Notes: a model not told the origin generated them from the sequence alone. A stretch of DNA of 63,579 bases, filler included, from Dugesia japonica (GCA_001938525.1; 6 parts of 6 records of this genome joined end to end with filler, not necessarily neighbours in it); one strand, 5' to 3'. Counted from the whole stretch's first letter, positions 27,001-39,128 are shown. Made by a program: numbers and translations.

Positions 27001-30000
27001 AATTGTTTTTAGTGTTTGTAAAAATTAGAAATCAAGAAATGCATTTTTAGATACTTAAAACCTTTTTATTAAACCTCGGGTTTTTATTATAAATAGCTAC
27101 TGATTAAAATTTAGAAAATCATTGATCCAATAATTATTTACAGACTCAGAAAAGTCAAGTAAAAGGAAAATTTCGAAATATTCCCGAAACATGTCAGATG
27201 TTACTCAGAACTCACGCTTTTATTATGTAATTCTATCAATATTTATTCTATCAATATGTCGCATTTTATATTTTCTTTTTTCAGCATCCTCTGACCAAGG
27301 AAAATTCTATTCATCGTAGTTCTTCACCTTTGAAAAATAATGAAATTAATCGTCCAACAGTATCAACTCTTTCTAATTCTGAATCCCCACCTAATCAACT
27401 GTTATTGAATCGTGTTGGAGGAATTTTACGGAAACCTTTACCTACAAATGCTGTTGCAAATAATCTTTTCATGACGAAACCCGAAAAACCTGAAATAAGA
27501 CGGAAAAACAAATTAACGTATTTAACATGTTCGCCTATTCCTTATAGAAGTGGACGAATTCACGGTAATTTTTTGCTTAAATATTAAGTCATTTTAAAAT
27601 TAAGTAATTTTACAGATTTCGTAATAATTGAAATTTGCTAATTGTTGATATTAAAAAATTATGAATTTTTATTATTTTGAATTAATCCCTTTGAACTTTT
27701 AATTTAGATTTATAACTTTTTAAATTAACTTTCAATATAAAAAATTCGAAATTTAATTTCACACAAATTTACAGTATTTCGATATTTAACTGAATAAACT
27801 TTATTTCTACTTCATATTCTTACATATCTTTCAAAAAGCTTTCAAATATACCTTATTTTTTTAAAGATCTTTATCATTTTAGTAAAATCAAAATTTTTAT
27901 TTATTAATACCTCAATTCGATCAATTGATTTTTTGCGCGTTGTGTTCTGTTAATATTGAAATTGAATAATATTTTTGCTTAATATGTACAAAACTTCAGA
28001 ATAAGTAATTTAATTTCTTAATCTTTAAATATTTAAACTAAATAAAATAAATAAATAAATTGACGTGTGAGTAATAGTCACCGCACCAAGGTTAAAAAGT
28101 AAAAACATTAATTTAATTCAAAAAGTTAAAAAAAAAATTAAAACAATCATTTAATGCTTGAGAAAATTAACCTTAAACTTTTTCGATTTTTAGCCTGTGA
28201 GAATTTACTAAAAATAAATGATTTCTAAAAAAACAATTATTGATTTTGTATTCATAATGGAATAAATTGAAATATTGTCACTTATGAAGACTTTTGAAAT
28301 CTGAAAAATATTGAACAATCTTCGCATTTTGAAAATAATGTCTGATAAATAATGATCAATGGTTAAAAAATAAGCGCTTAATCTAGCCATTAAAGAAAAA
28401 TTATCTTCATCTCATGTTATTAGAAAGATTCAAATCCAGAAAATATAATAAAGAATTTTTTAAGAAATTAGATGTATAAAATTTATAACTTGACTTGTGT
28501 GCAATCGGAAAAAAGATTTCATTTAACAAAAAGATTTTGCATGAAAATCCTTTCCAAAATAAAAAATGATTCTATAGACAATCTATGTTGACTGCAAACC
28601 CATTGTGATAAATAATTATAATATCTAAACGTAAAAAATTTTATTTTCATGTGACTTTTTGTGCATGTATCATATGATTAAGTTACATTAGTAAAAATTG
28701 ACATCTTGAAATTCAAAAATATATTTAATCAAGGTCACAACAATTTTCAACTTCTCCGTCTTTTCCAGATTTTCAGCACCTTGTCAGCTACTATACGCCT
28801 GTATTTCGAACCTTCTGAATTCTGCGATTGTACTCTTGAATTCTTTCGTTGAATGAATATTAATTTTCCTTCCATAGATAACTTCCATCGGAGAGAATCC
28901 TATCGCCTTTGATATCGTGCAATTGAATGAAAACTCCACTTTTGGAAGAATTTCATCCCAACACTTCTCTCTTCCCGATTTCCAGGATGTTACTATCATA
29001 TCTCTGACAGTTCTAATTGTGCATTCTGCTAAGCCATGCTCATGAGGAGATTTAAATATCCACTAAATATGAAACCTTGAAGCAAACTCTTGTAAAATCT
29101 TTCCTTCAAACAATCTTTTTTCGATATTTCTAAATCCAGTGATTTAACAATGCACTTTTGATTTTGTTTTCGTTTTGATTTGTGGTTGCATAAAGACTGG
29201 CTAACTTGCTGAACTGATCAATTATGAGTATCATGTATTTTTTTGTAGGATTTACTGTGATCCATATATGCAACATCTATTACAATTTGTTTCATTGACT
29301 TAGCTGCGTTTCTAGGTAAAAATTATTCCTTAACTTTCTCACTACTAACCTTCCTGTGCATACAAAAATTACATTCTCTGATATCATTCTGAATATCCGT
29401 AATGATATTCGACCAGAAGAAATAATCAGGTACATATTTTGTTGTTTTCTTTATTCCAACATGACATAAATCTTTATGAATTTTGTTCACAAAATTAGTT
29501 CCTTATCTTTTGAAAACGACTATCTTTNNNNNNNNNNNNNNNNNNNNNNNNNNNNNNNNNNNNNNNNNNNNNNNNNNNNNNNNNNNNNNNNNNNNNNNNN
29601 NNNNNNNNNNNNNNNNNNNNNNNNNNNNNNNNNNNNNNNNNNNNNNNNNNNNNNNNNNNNNNNNNNNNNNNNNNNNNNNNNNNNNNNNNNNNNNNNNNNN
29701 NNNNNNNNNNNNNNNNNNNTTCATAACATTTAAATATTTTACCTTAGACGATTTAGACTTTGCATTTTCATGTTCAGTCTGGCATTGTGAACATTAACTG
29801 GACGTCAATCTTGACATACCATCAGAAATTGAAATGATGTTCCCCTTTCCTATACTTCAATACGAAATAATATTCTGATAACTCGTTCATCCAAATTTTA
29901 GTAGTCTAACAATTTCATAATGGTCTGAAAAAATATACTAAATTTTAAGGATTAAAAAAATCAAAATAAAGTGAAAAAAATTAATTTTTAATTCAATAAT

Positions 30001-32021
30001 TCATTAATAACAAAAATTTCTAAAATTTTAAAATACCAAGTTATTTGTTTTTTTTAAATTTGCTTAAATTAAATTTTCAATTATTCATAACTTACGTGTT
30101 TGTTGACTAAATTGGTGTTCTTGGTAGATTTTTGCGAAATGCACTTTGACATTCAATACAGTCAAACTTGTTTTTGTGCATAAAAAAGACCGCACAAAAA
30201 CAGGTTTGACTGTATACTTTCAATGAAATGTCAATTAAGCTGCGAGTTACGTAATTTTTTTAAACAAATAATATCGCTTATTTTATTTAAAAATGATGTT
30301 GGTTTACAATTTTTCAAAGGTGTAGTTTCTTTTTCTGTTGCAATAATTTTTCTATAATTTGATCCAAAACTTTATTATTACATTTTTTTTATAAAAATAA
30401 CGATCGAATTTAATTTGTTTTTATGTTACTGTCACTGTTTACTCTGTCATATTTTCAAATAAAGTTTAATTACATATATTTTATATAAATTAAAATTTCA
30501 ATGAAATTAGCGGTTATTAAAACTTTAAATTTATACCTCTATAACTTGTATGGACTTTGTAATAATTTATAATCTATATAATTCGAGTGTTACAGACAAA
30601 TTCACATACATACAGATGTAGGAAATTATATATAAGATTACATGAATACATTATATATGTATGTATATATTTATAGTAGAAATATTTTATTCACAATATT
30701 CTCTATTCATTATATTTTTCATATTTCTTTCTAAAATAAAACGTCTTTATAATTTTCAAATCAACTAAATTAATGTCAATTTATTTTTATTTATTTTTTA
30801 TCTCTCAGCATGACTTGTAATACATGAGAAAAGTGGTATTCTAGTATTACCTATATTTCGGTATTGAAGAAATACTATAATAAATTGTGATAAATGCTGA
30901 TTTGCAAAATGAAATATAAATTTGTTTTAATTAGATTCATCAGATGTTCAAGAACGCAGATCATTACCAGAACAAATTATCAGGGAAAAGTATGTAATGA
31001 ATTGTTTGAAATGCAGTTAATTAATGTTTTGAAATTAGTATTTATGAGCAAATGCCGGTTGATACTTCAGAAAGTAAGAACGAACTGTTAAAAGATAAAC
31101 CAATTAATGAAAAGGTTATATATAATTATTTGTAGACGTTTAATTACTTTACGAAATATTATTTTTATTAAAATCGATTAATCATTTTGTTTTAATTGAT
31201 AATTGTTTATTGTACTTTTTTTGTTTAGGAACCTTGTGGATTATCTGACGATTATAAACATACAATGAATATCGATCCTGTACCAGTTAGAATCAAATGG
31301 AAATTTACCAATGATTCAGTAATATGTTCAAAATAGTTATAAGTTCCTTGTTAATTTTGATCATCAGGAAATAGTCAACCCAACTTGGCAGCATTGTACA
31401 ATTTCTGTAGAGAATGGAATGTTTAGAGTAAAAGAAAATGAAATGAATGAAACAGGTTTAACTTCAACGGATAAAGATCTTTCAGTTGAATCTGGTGATG
31501 TAATTAATAAATCTGATACGGTTCTACAAGAAGAGAAAACCTCAGAAAATTCAAAATTTATTTATAATTTCAGTTATTTTGATTCTTTGAGCCGTAAATG
31601 GGAATTCCTTGTTGAATTTTCGGATCAGAATGCATCTGTTAAATGGATGCACTTTTTTGACAGCCCGAAACCTAAAGAGGCAAGTAATATATTTGTGTGG
31701 GAGTTTGTATGCTTGTGTATAAGATATTAGAATTTGGTGCACAGTGAATTTTCGATGAAAGTTCTGTCGGCAATCTAATGTAAATTTTTAATTTCTAGTT
31801 CATCTGAAAAACATACATACTAGAAAGGAAGGTAAAATATTTACTAGAATTTGCACACTTTGTGATGATTTATTCTCGTCTTATTTTCGTTAATTTTCCA
31901 TATATTAAATTTGAGTTACATTTTTTACGGTTTTGCATTTAGCCTCGGAAAAACTCCCAAACTCTCCAGTCATACATCCTGAATCCTACCAACACCAATC
32001 CAGTGACAGAAATTATCCAAG
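21069..32021 (+). CDS. Internal exons of a host gene with a low-complexity region and a PH-like domain; exons 21069-21164, 27144-27226, 27285-27564, 30935-30989, 31039-31114, 31229-31318, 31368-31683, 31799-31831, 31943-32021
   Basis: Nine AG/GT-bounded exons join in phase without stops; includes ENIYEQM and a PH-like signature (WQHCTISVENGMFRV...FIYNFSYF...WEFLVEFSDQNASVKWMHFF); overlaps supplied ORFs 27330, 31419 and 31933. Confidence 0.7.
22652..22866 (-). repeat. 3' LTR of G2
   Basis: Direct repeat of 25895-26109. Confidence 0.95.
22867..25878 (-). pseudogene. pol: gag-pol remnant of G2
   Basis: ORF fragments 25603-25812 (gag N-term), 25208-25603 (protease C-half), 24323-24691 and 24038-24322 (RT connection/RNase H), 23122-23805 (integrase), 22849-23031 (GPY/F-like tail). 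Confidence 0.9.
25879..25894 (-). promoter_or_regulatory. Primer binding site of G2, tRNA-Arg type
   Basis: TGGCGATCACGCCAGG directly after the 5' LTR resembles the complement of tRNA-Arg(ACG) 3' ends (TGGCGA....GCCAGG). Confidence 0.7.
25895..26109 (-). repeat. 5' LTR of G2 (TGTGAG...CTAATA)
   Basis: Direct repeat of 22652-22866. Confidence 0.95.
28740..29900 (-). pseudogene. Gypsy integrase/RNase H remnant in a host intron
   Basis: WDEILPKVEFSFN....IGFSPMEVIYG (ORF 28784-28999), upstream CHVG..C..C zinc finger, and DGMSRL..CSQC linker similar to G1/G2. Confidence 0.8.
30159..30212. mobile_element. 54-bp minimal Tc1/mariner/pogo-type MITE
   Basis: 21-bp TIRs CAGTCAAAC(T/C)TGTTTTTGTGC with one mismatch, 12-bp spacer, TA on both sides. 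Confidence 0.75.
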
Positions 32022-32593
32022 GTTAGTAAATTTATCGGAAAGTACAAATTTTGTTCAATTCAATATCAAATTTCGAAAATTAAATTCTATAAATAATTTT
32101 TTTTTCACATTCACTAAGATAAATTTTAAATATTATGATAAAAATTGTTGGGAATTTTAGTCGTTAATATTGCGTGTATGTATTATAATAGTTTGGTATG
32201 TCGAGTGTATGCGTGCCGATACGCACAGTTATTTGTGCGTACGCGACCGTCTGTGAATGTTTCTGTTGGAAATAATTATTAGATTTATATGAAAATAATA
32301 TCACTGTTTTAATGAATTTACTGCTAGTTGTGTTTCTATTGATTAAATATTAATATTAAATAAATGTGGAATTCTACTTATTTAATTGAACAATTTTAAT
32401 TGGCTTAATTTTCTACAATGTCCGTAGATCATGGAATTGGACAGAATTATTTTGATGATTAATCAATATACTATATACATTTGTTCTGTGTTCCTAGTAA
32501 TTATGATTGTGTTTAATTTGACTGCATTCAATTGTGTTCCTGTTTGATTGTCATGTAATTTCTTATCTAATTTCTGTAATTAATCTGAGTAAG

Positions 32594-32693
32594 NNNNNNN
32601 NNNNNNNNNNNNNNNNNNNNNNNNNNNNNNNNNNNNNTTAATTAATTAANNNNNNNNNNNNNNNNNNNNNNNNNNNNNNNNNNNNNNNNNNNN
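32594..32693. other. Artificial scaffold linker
   Basis: 44 N + TTAATTAATTAA (32638-32649) + 44 N. Confidence 0.97.
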
Positions 32694-32891
32694 AATGCCC
32701 AACCTAATTCACCAAAACCAGCTCAAAATTGTCCAGATTCGACCTCACCGAAAAGATTCCCAAATAATAACAGATGAAAAATTCTACTGTTTAAAAAGCC
32801 TGCGAAATTCTACTGCTTAATAAACCTATAAAAATTTTCTGAACTAAATACACAGTAAAAATAAAAAATACTGTATGACTTATGTAACAAT

Positions 32892-32962
<71 letters not shown>

Positions 32963-33012
32963 NNNNNNNNNNNNNNNNNNNNNNNNNNNNNNNNNNNNNN
33001 NNNNNNNNNNNN

Positions 33013-33084
<72 letters not shown>

Positions 33085-33647
33085 ATTTTTTTTAATCATT
33101 ACTATTATTATTTTTCATTATTATTATTTGGTAATTAACAGTTTATTAATTATATTGTTATTATTTTTTTATAAATATTTAAATATTTTCAAGTTCGTGC
33201 GAACAGTGAATTTAAAAAAAACGAATGATGTTTCATTTAAATTAAATTACAAAATTATTTAGTTAAAATATTTTAATCGAAAAACATATATTGTCAAGTA
33301 TCTATACTTAATTACTCATTTTAGCGCATTTTCTTCCGTTTTACACTATTTTTTAACTTATTTTAACCTTTTTTGCTCAAATTTACAGGGAAACATTTTC
33401 CCAAATAAAACCACAGGAAAATGTATAGCCACTTAAATCAATCTTATTACATAATTTCTGTTCAAAAATATTTACCAACTAAATACACAGGAAAGTTTAT
33501 AGCCACTTAATCCCATTTCGTAATATTACCTAATATGATATCATTTTTAATAATTCCCAACTTAATGCATTATAATTAAATTCCATTACATCACGGGAGG
33601 TGGGTTATCGAATGCGTGTGGGCTATGTGCACTACTATATATCTACT
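32694..33647 (-). mobile_element. Repeat element ending in a class II AGTAGA terminus
   Basis: Same order of sub-repeats as 44330-45915 (GACCTCACCGA array, then TACACAGG(A/G)AAA repeats); minus strand begins AGTAGATATATAGTAG...GCATTCGATAACCCACCTCCCG. Confidence 0.6.
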
Positions 33648-33741
33648 ACATCTAATCACAACACAAACCATCCACTTTACATCAATTGTTTAAATTCAAT
33701 AATTGGAAAGTTATTATTATTGTTATTGTCTAATTAGCGTG

Positions 33742-33978
33742 AAAGAATCAATAAACGCTAAAGGCTTAACATTAACAACCACTGACATTTGTCATCAGTC
33801 ATAACTTGAATTTTATAATAAAAATAAAACTGTCTAAGTAGAGAAATTTAGAATAACATCGAAAAATCATCAGCTCTACAGTATCAAAAGTGAGAAAGTA
33901 GCTCTGAATAATAAGGATTATAAGCGAGTATGGACAGCGAAATATCTAAGTTTACCATATGGGCATCGTACATGGTAA
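33742..33978 (+). pseudogene. C-terminal remnant of protein-primed DNA polymerase B (copy C)
   Basis: NAKG...ITSKNHQLYSIKSEKVALNNKDYKRVW...SLPYGH aligns by eye with the end of copy B (KAKE...IQSINHQVYTK...DDKRF...SMAYGH); two internal stops. Confidence 0.8.
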
Positions 33979-34255
33979 TACATTTTTTCAGAAAGGATCA
34001 ATCCAAATCAATCACGCTTAATTTAATCTACCTAAAAATTTGACTGGTTTTAATTTAGATGATATTCAAAACTTTTATATTTAGGAATATGATGTAAATA
34101 AAAAGAGAAAATGTATATATGTGAATGTGTACCGGTCCTGTTTAGGTCCACAATTATTTATTAAGCGCATAGCAGTCTTCTTTATTATTGGAACGTATGT
34201 AAGTCCTCTAAAGAGCTATACTAAAGATTTGGAACGTGTACTCGTCCTTTTTTGA
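33972..34255 (+). pseudogene. Small degenerate ORF overlapping the pPolB stop codon, unknown product
   Basis: ATGGTAA overlap; MVIHFFRKDQSKSITLNL/PKNLTGFNLDDIQNFYI*EYDVNKKRKCIYVNVYRSCLGPQLFIKRIAVFF... with one frameshift and one stop. Confidence 0.45.
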
Positions 34256-35379
34256 ACTAAAACTATAGGAATAGTAAAGAAACTTAAACAAAAAAGATGC
34301 GAGACAGATGCAAGCCATCAGAAACTGATTCATACATGTGCAACTCAAATGCAAGTTAAACAAAGACAATGCAACATGAATGCAAGTATACAAGTAACAT
34401 AGGTAATAAAGGTGCGCGTTTAACAATGGCAATTCAATTAAAATGCAAATTAAACAAAGAAAATGCAATCCAAATGCACAATGGCNNNNNNNNNNNNNNN
34501 NNNNNNATTTCCATTTATCAACAATGTATTTAGATAAAGTTATGGTTAAATATATTGATATAAATTATTCCCATGAAATTCATCAAAATTTTGTTAAAAT
34601 GAATGATGAAGAATTATCTTCATTGTGAGAAGAGGAGAAGAAAACATTTTTTGAAACTCTAGCTAAGATATTTTTTATTAATTTATTATAACAAACATAA
34701 ATAACTTAGAAAATAGTCAAAAAGATGTACAAATGACATTCGATGTGCAAAGAGTCGAAGATGTACCAATGATAGAGGAAGAAGAAGAAATACTGATTAC
34801 AAAAGGTGTGGAACCTTTGGAAAAATCAACCGATTTATTTGATAAAGGTTTCATTTAATTTAAATTAAGTTTTATAATTTATTTTTTAGAGTTGTTCATT
34901 GAAACTGTTTATCCAAAGCTACGATAAAAAATACTATACTGCGCACCAGAATTGTTATGGTTTAAAATAAAACATATGACTAGAGTGGGTATAAACAACG
35001 TTATGAAAATATTTGAAAAATATCATAATGATGATAAAGAATGTGAAAAGTGCATTGAGAAGAAGAAAATTTGAAAAGGAAATTTATAAATGCAATTTGT
35101 CCTGATAAACATTATGCTTAATTATGTTATTAAATAAATTTTATTTCGAACATACTTTTCGTTTTCTAAAGTAGTATAAAAAATGTTTTAAAAAAAAATT
35201 AAATAAATATTTAAAATAAAAAAATAAAATTTTTAAAAAACAAAAACTAATTTAAACAAAATAAATAAATTCAAAACATTAAAACAAAAAGAAAATACAT
35301 AAAGCATTCAAACAAAAATTATATTAAACTGGTTTTATGATTAATTATAGTAATTCGGCTCGGAGAATTTTAATATTAA

Positions 35380-35676
35380 ATTTGCAGGCGGCTTATTAAT
35401 ATTAAGCCTGTGCGGGTATTAATCACATTAGCTCTGCAGGGAGTTTCATATTAAGACTGCCAAGATGATAGTTTACATTTACCTATAAATAGTTGTCATG
35501 GAAATGACCTTGGCCTCCTTTTATTCGACATTGAATTATTCCACCAATCAGAAGTGAGTATACTATACCACTTTACCTTAAAAATTTCAACCAACCAGAC
35601 TTCAGTATTCTGTACCAGTGACCTTTTGAAAATTGACCTTGGCAAGAGGGCAGGATTAGTACAGTGCGCTAAATAT
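35380..35676 (-). mobile_element. Class I subterminal region (extreme tip missing)
   Basis: Reverse complement aligns by eye with 39600-39980 (GCACTGTAC...CAAGGTCAA...AAGGTCACTGGTACAG...CTGATTGG...CATGACA). Confidence 0.65.
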
Positions 35677-36687
35677 GAAATATTAATAATATTATTAATA
35701 ATATTAATATTAATATTATTAATATTATTAAATATTAAAATATGAAATATTCTATCACTAAATATGTCGGAAAAGATTTGTAACTGACAAAAAATTATAT
35801 ATTGTTTATACAATACAAATGTGATGGATTGATCAGACTTAAAATCTAGTTAAATAATGAAACCTCCAGCCAGACAAAATAATTTTGAAAACAGTTTTCT
35901 AATATCAGACAAAATCTATTTTGAAGTTGCAATAATAAGGTTTAATCTATTCAGTTTAACAGTTAGTAATTCCTCACAATAAGTATATTAAATCATGCAT
36001 GACATTTTAAACATTCCCAAATATGTAATCAATTAAATGTTATTATAATATTTAAATCAAATTTCAATTATCAAATAATATNNNNNNNNNNNNNNNNNNN
36101 NNNNNNNNNNNNNNNNNNNNNNNNNNNNNNNCCTCCAGCCAGACAAAATAATTTTGAAAACAGTTTTCTAATATCAGACAAAATCTATTTTGAAGTTGCA
36201 ATAATAAGGTTTAATCTATTCAGTTTAACAGTTAGTAATTCCTCACAATAAGTATATTAAATCATGCATGACATTNNNNNNNNNNNNNNNNNNNNNNNNN
36301 NNNNNNNNNNNNNNNNNNNNNNNNNNNNNNNNNNNNNNNNNNNNNNNNNNNNNNNNNNNNNNNNNNNNNNNNNNNNNNNNNNNNNNNNNNNNNNNNNNNN
36401 NNNNNNNNNNNNNNNNNNNNNNNNNNNNNNNNNNNNNNNNNNNNNNNNNNNNNNNNNNNNNNNNNNNNNNNNNNNNNNNNNNNNNNNNNNNNNNNNNNNN
36501 NCGACATTATTACGAAATTATTGGATTATTTTCATATTTATAATAAAATATTCATTTGATTCGTGTGATTTCATTCGACAATTTAAAATTAGTAACGTTC
36601 TCATTTTATTTTTTCTATATAATCATTTGAATTTTATTTTGAATTGATATTATAAATATGAATTTGAAATATTTGAAAATTTTCTAG

Positions 36688-37083
36688 TCGTTAATTTTCA
36701 TGATTTATATTGAATTCCAATCGATATCATCATTATGTACTCCACTTCATTCAAAACAATCAATAAAGTCCTTATTGAATTTGCTCAATATCAATATTTC
36801 CATATCATTTCTCAATGATACTTGTAACGATGAAAATATATTTATTAACAATAATATTTCTCTTCAATTACGATGCAATTATAATTTGACAGTTAATGTC
36901 AATCAATGCAGAGAACCACCAGTGATTGTTGAAGGAATTTGTGATGAAACANNNNNNNNNNNNNNNNNNNNNNNNNNNNNNNNNNNNNNNNNNNNNNNNN
37001 NNNNNNNNNNNNNNNNNNNNNNNNNNNNNNNNNNNNNNNNNNNNNNNNNNNNNNNNNNNNNTGGATGTGAATTACGTATTTGA
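36688..37083 (+). CDS. Candidate secreted cystine-knot protein, IL-17-like; central part in an N-gap
   Basis: Exon after TTCTAG; hydrophobic N-terminal stretch; CNYNLTVNVNQCREPPVIVEGIC matches the IL-17 pattern C-x-Y/W...N...R-x-P-x-x-I-x-E-x-x-C; ends GCELRI* after the gap. Confidence 0.4.
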   Translation, partial: SLIFMIYIEFQSISSLCTPLHSKQSIKSLLNLLNINISISFLNDTCNDENIFINNNISLQLRCNYNLTVNVNQCREPPVIVEGICDETXXXXXXXXXXXXXXXXXXXXXXXXXXXXXXXXXXXXXGCELRI

Positions 37084-37710
37084 ATGAATAATTTTATTGA
37101 TTTTTAGAAGATCTATATTTTGTAGAATATATTTTATTTATTGATATTTTATGTAATAATTTTTTTGTTGAAATATTAAATTGAAAATTACTTTTTTTAT
37201 ATTTACATTCAAGTAAAGCAAAAGAAATATTTCATAAATATTTAGTATCTGTGATAATCTAATGTGAGATATTTTTGTTAGCTAATTAATATTTTTCACT
37301 AATAAAATATTTATTCTTTTTATCATATAATAAAAGCTAATGATAACAATGAAGAGATAAAAGCACTTGTTGGGTTCCGCNNNNNNNNNNNNNNNNNNNN
37401 NNNNNNNNNNNNNNNNNNNNNNNNNNNNNNTTGTTGGACTAGTTAATTATTGTTAAATTAATAAATAATTAAATGAAGAATTAATTTGTTTTTTATTTCT
37501 TTTTAAAAAACAAAGGAAGGAATACTTTTGGAGTATTTAATTTCTAAGAGAGTTCATTATTAGATACTTTGTTTATTTAGATATACTTTATCACTAATTA
37601 AAATTTTAATTTAATAATAATTATTATTAAAAGGAAAATATTCCAGCNNNNNNNNNNNNNNNNNNNNNNNNNNNNNNNNNNNNNNNNNNNNNNNNNNNNN
37701 NNNNNNNNNN

Positions 37711-39010
37711 CTTCATTGTTGTACTAGTATCTGCTTTCTTCAAACTACAGCATTTGGGACTAAGAAATCCCAATCAGTACAATCTTTACCTTCTCCTTCG
37801 TCTGCAAAAAATTCAATTTCGCATGCCATATTGTTGGAATAGATTGGAATAGATTTATCTACTCCAGTAAACGATAAGGAAAAACTATCCGTATCTTCAG
37901 CAATAATATCAATTTTGCAATGAAATTGTTGAAGATATTTTCAAACTCTTTATATTATAGCCTGTACATTCGAAGTTAACTCTAATCTAGAACCACCTGA
38001 CTAATATAATTCGGTCTATCTAAACATAAAATATCTTTCTCTAACAATATAGCTTTGAGTCCTTTTGCGATATCCATTGTTTTCTTAAATGTAACTTTAC
38101 TGGTGTATAATGTGTCAGTATAATGTAATTTATCCCCATCTTTAAATAATAATAAATTTATTTTCTGTCCACCCTCAACTTTTGATCTTTGAATAATATC
38201 GAGGTTTGGGTGTTTCATGGCAACTTCGTCTTCATCAACTTCATTTGAGTTCTGATTAGTACATTGATACTCATTCAGGGATTTTGTTTTTCAAATNTTG
38301 GAATATTCACCAATTTCATGAGCATATCATTTTCATTAAATACAAGATCTGACATAAACCTATTATATTGTGTTGTACGATTCCCGCTCCTTTTATCTAA
38401 TAAATCGCGTTTTAAAATAGCGAGAACACTAAATATGAAACATTTATCTTCATTGTTTATGACGTGAACAATTGCTTGTTTCAATTGCTTATTGGAAGAT
38501 TTTCAGGCGTCGGAATATAACTGCGTTCTGACAATCTACTTATTTTTCTAATTTAGTCAATTTAAAATTTATTTCTAATATCCTACCAAGTGTCCAGCTA
38601 CTTTCTATCTCGCTTCTGACAAAAATCTTCTAGTTCAATACCCTAATCACTAAAAAGATATCATTAAGTAGTACAAAATTATTAGATAAATGAGAACTTT
38701 TTATTTCATGATCTCCTATAAATTCTACATGAAGTCCAAACTGAGTTTTTATATTCTTCATTTCTTCGATTATTTTATTCAGTTTTTGCACTTAGGTATC
38801 TGGTAAAATTATCTCTCTCATGTAGAATCTTGAAACATTTCAAGATTTGGTGACATTTGTACAAGTCTTTTTCAATTACAGATACGTCTATGGTCCCACT
38901 AACTTGTGTTTCTTCTTTTTGCAAATATTTTTGAAACACCTCTTCTGCATCATCCTCATCAACAAAGTCCGTTTCATTTAGTTCTTCGATTATTTTGATA
39001 TTATTCAAGT
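37711..39010 (-). pseudogene. Protein-primed DNA polymerase B remnant (copy A) with a large internal deletion
   Basis: N-terminal YIPTP...NNEDKCFIFSVLA...FEKQNP...KLHY fused to YTSKVTFKKTMDIAKGLKAILLEKD..DRPNYI.QVVLD, IIAEDTDSF and FADEGEG; strongly similar to ORF 53279-53629. Confidence 0.9.
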
Positions 39011-39128
39011 CAATTTTATATCAAGCTGAATATTTCTCAATATCATAGTCAATAACTATAACCTCTGGTTCAACTGTTTCGTTCTTTATAATAATCGCAT
39101 AGCCCATAATTAAAGTTTCTAGTTCTGC

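Noticed and set aside
7300-33138. Poly-Ile/Asn/Leu/Tyr and X-rich ORFs (e.g. 7300, 9015, 13150, 18125, 29476, 32810, 32875)
   Set aside because: Translations of (ATT)n microsatellites and N-gaps, not proteins
35862-36275. Exact ~145-bp direct duplication (35862-36006 vs 36132-36275)
   Set aside because: Identical copy isolated between two N-gaps; typical scaffolding/gap-fill artefact
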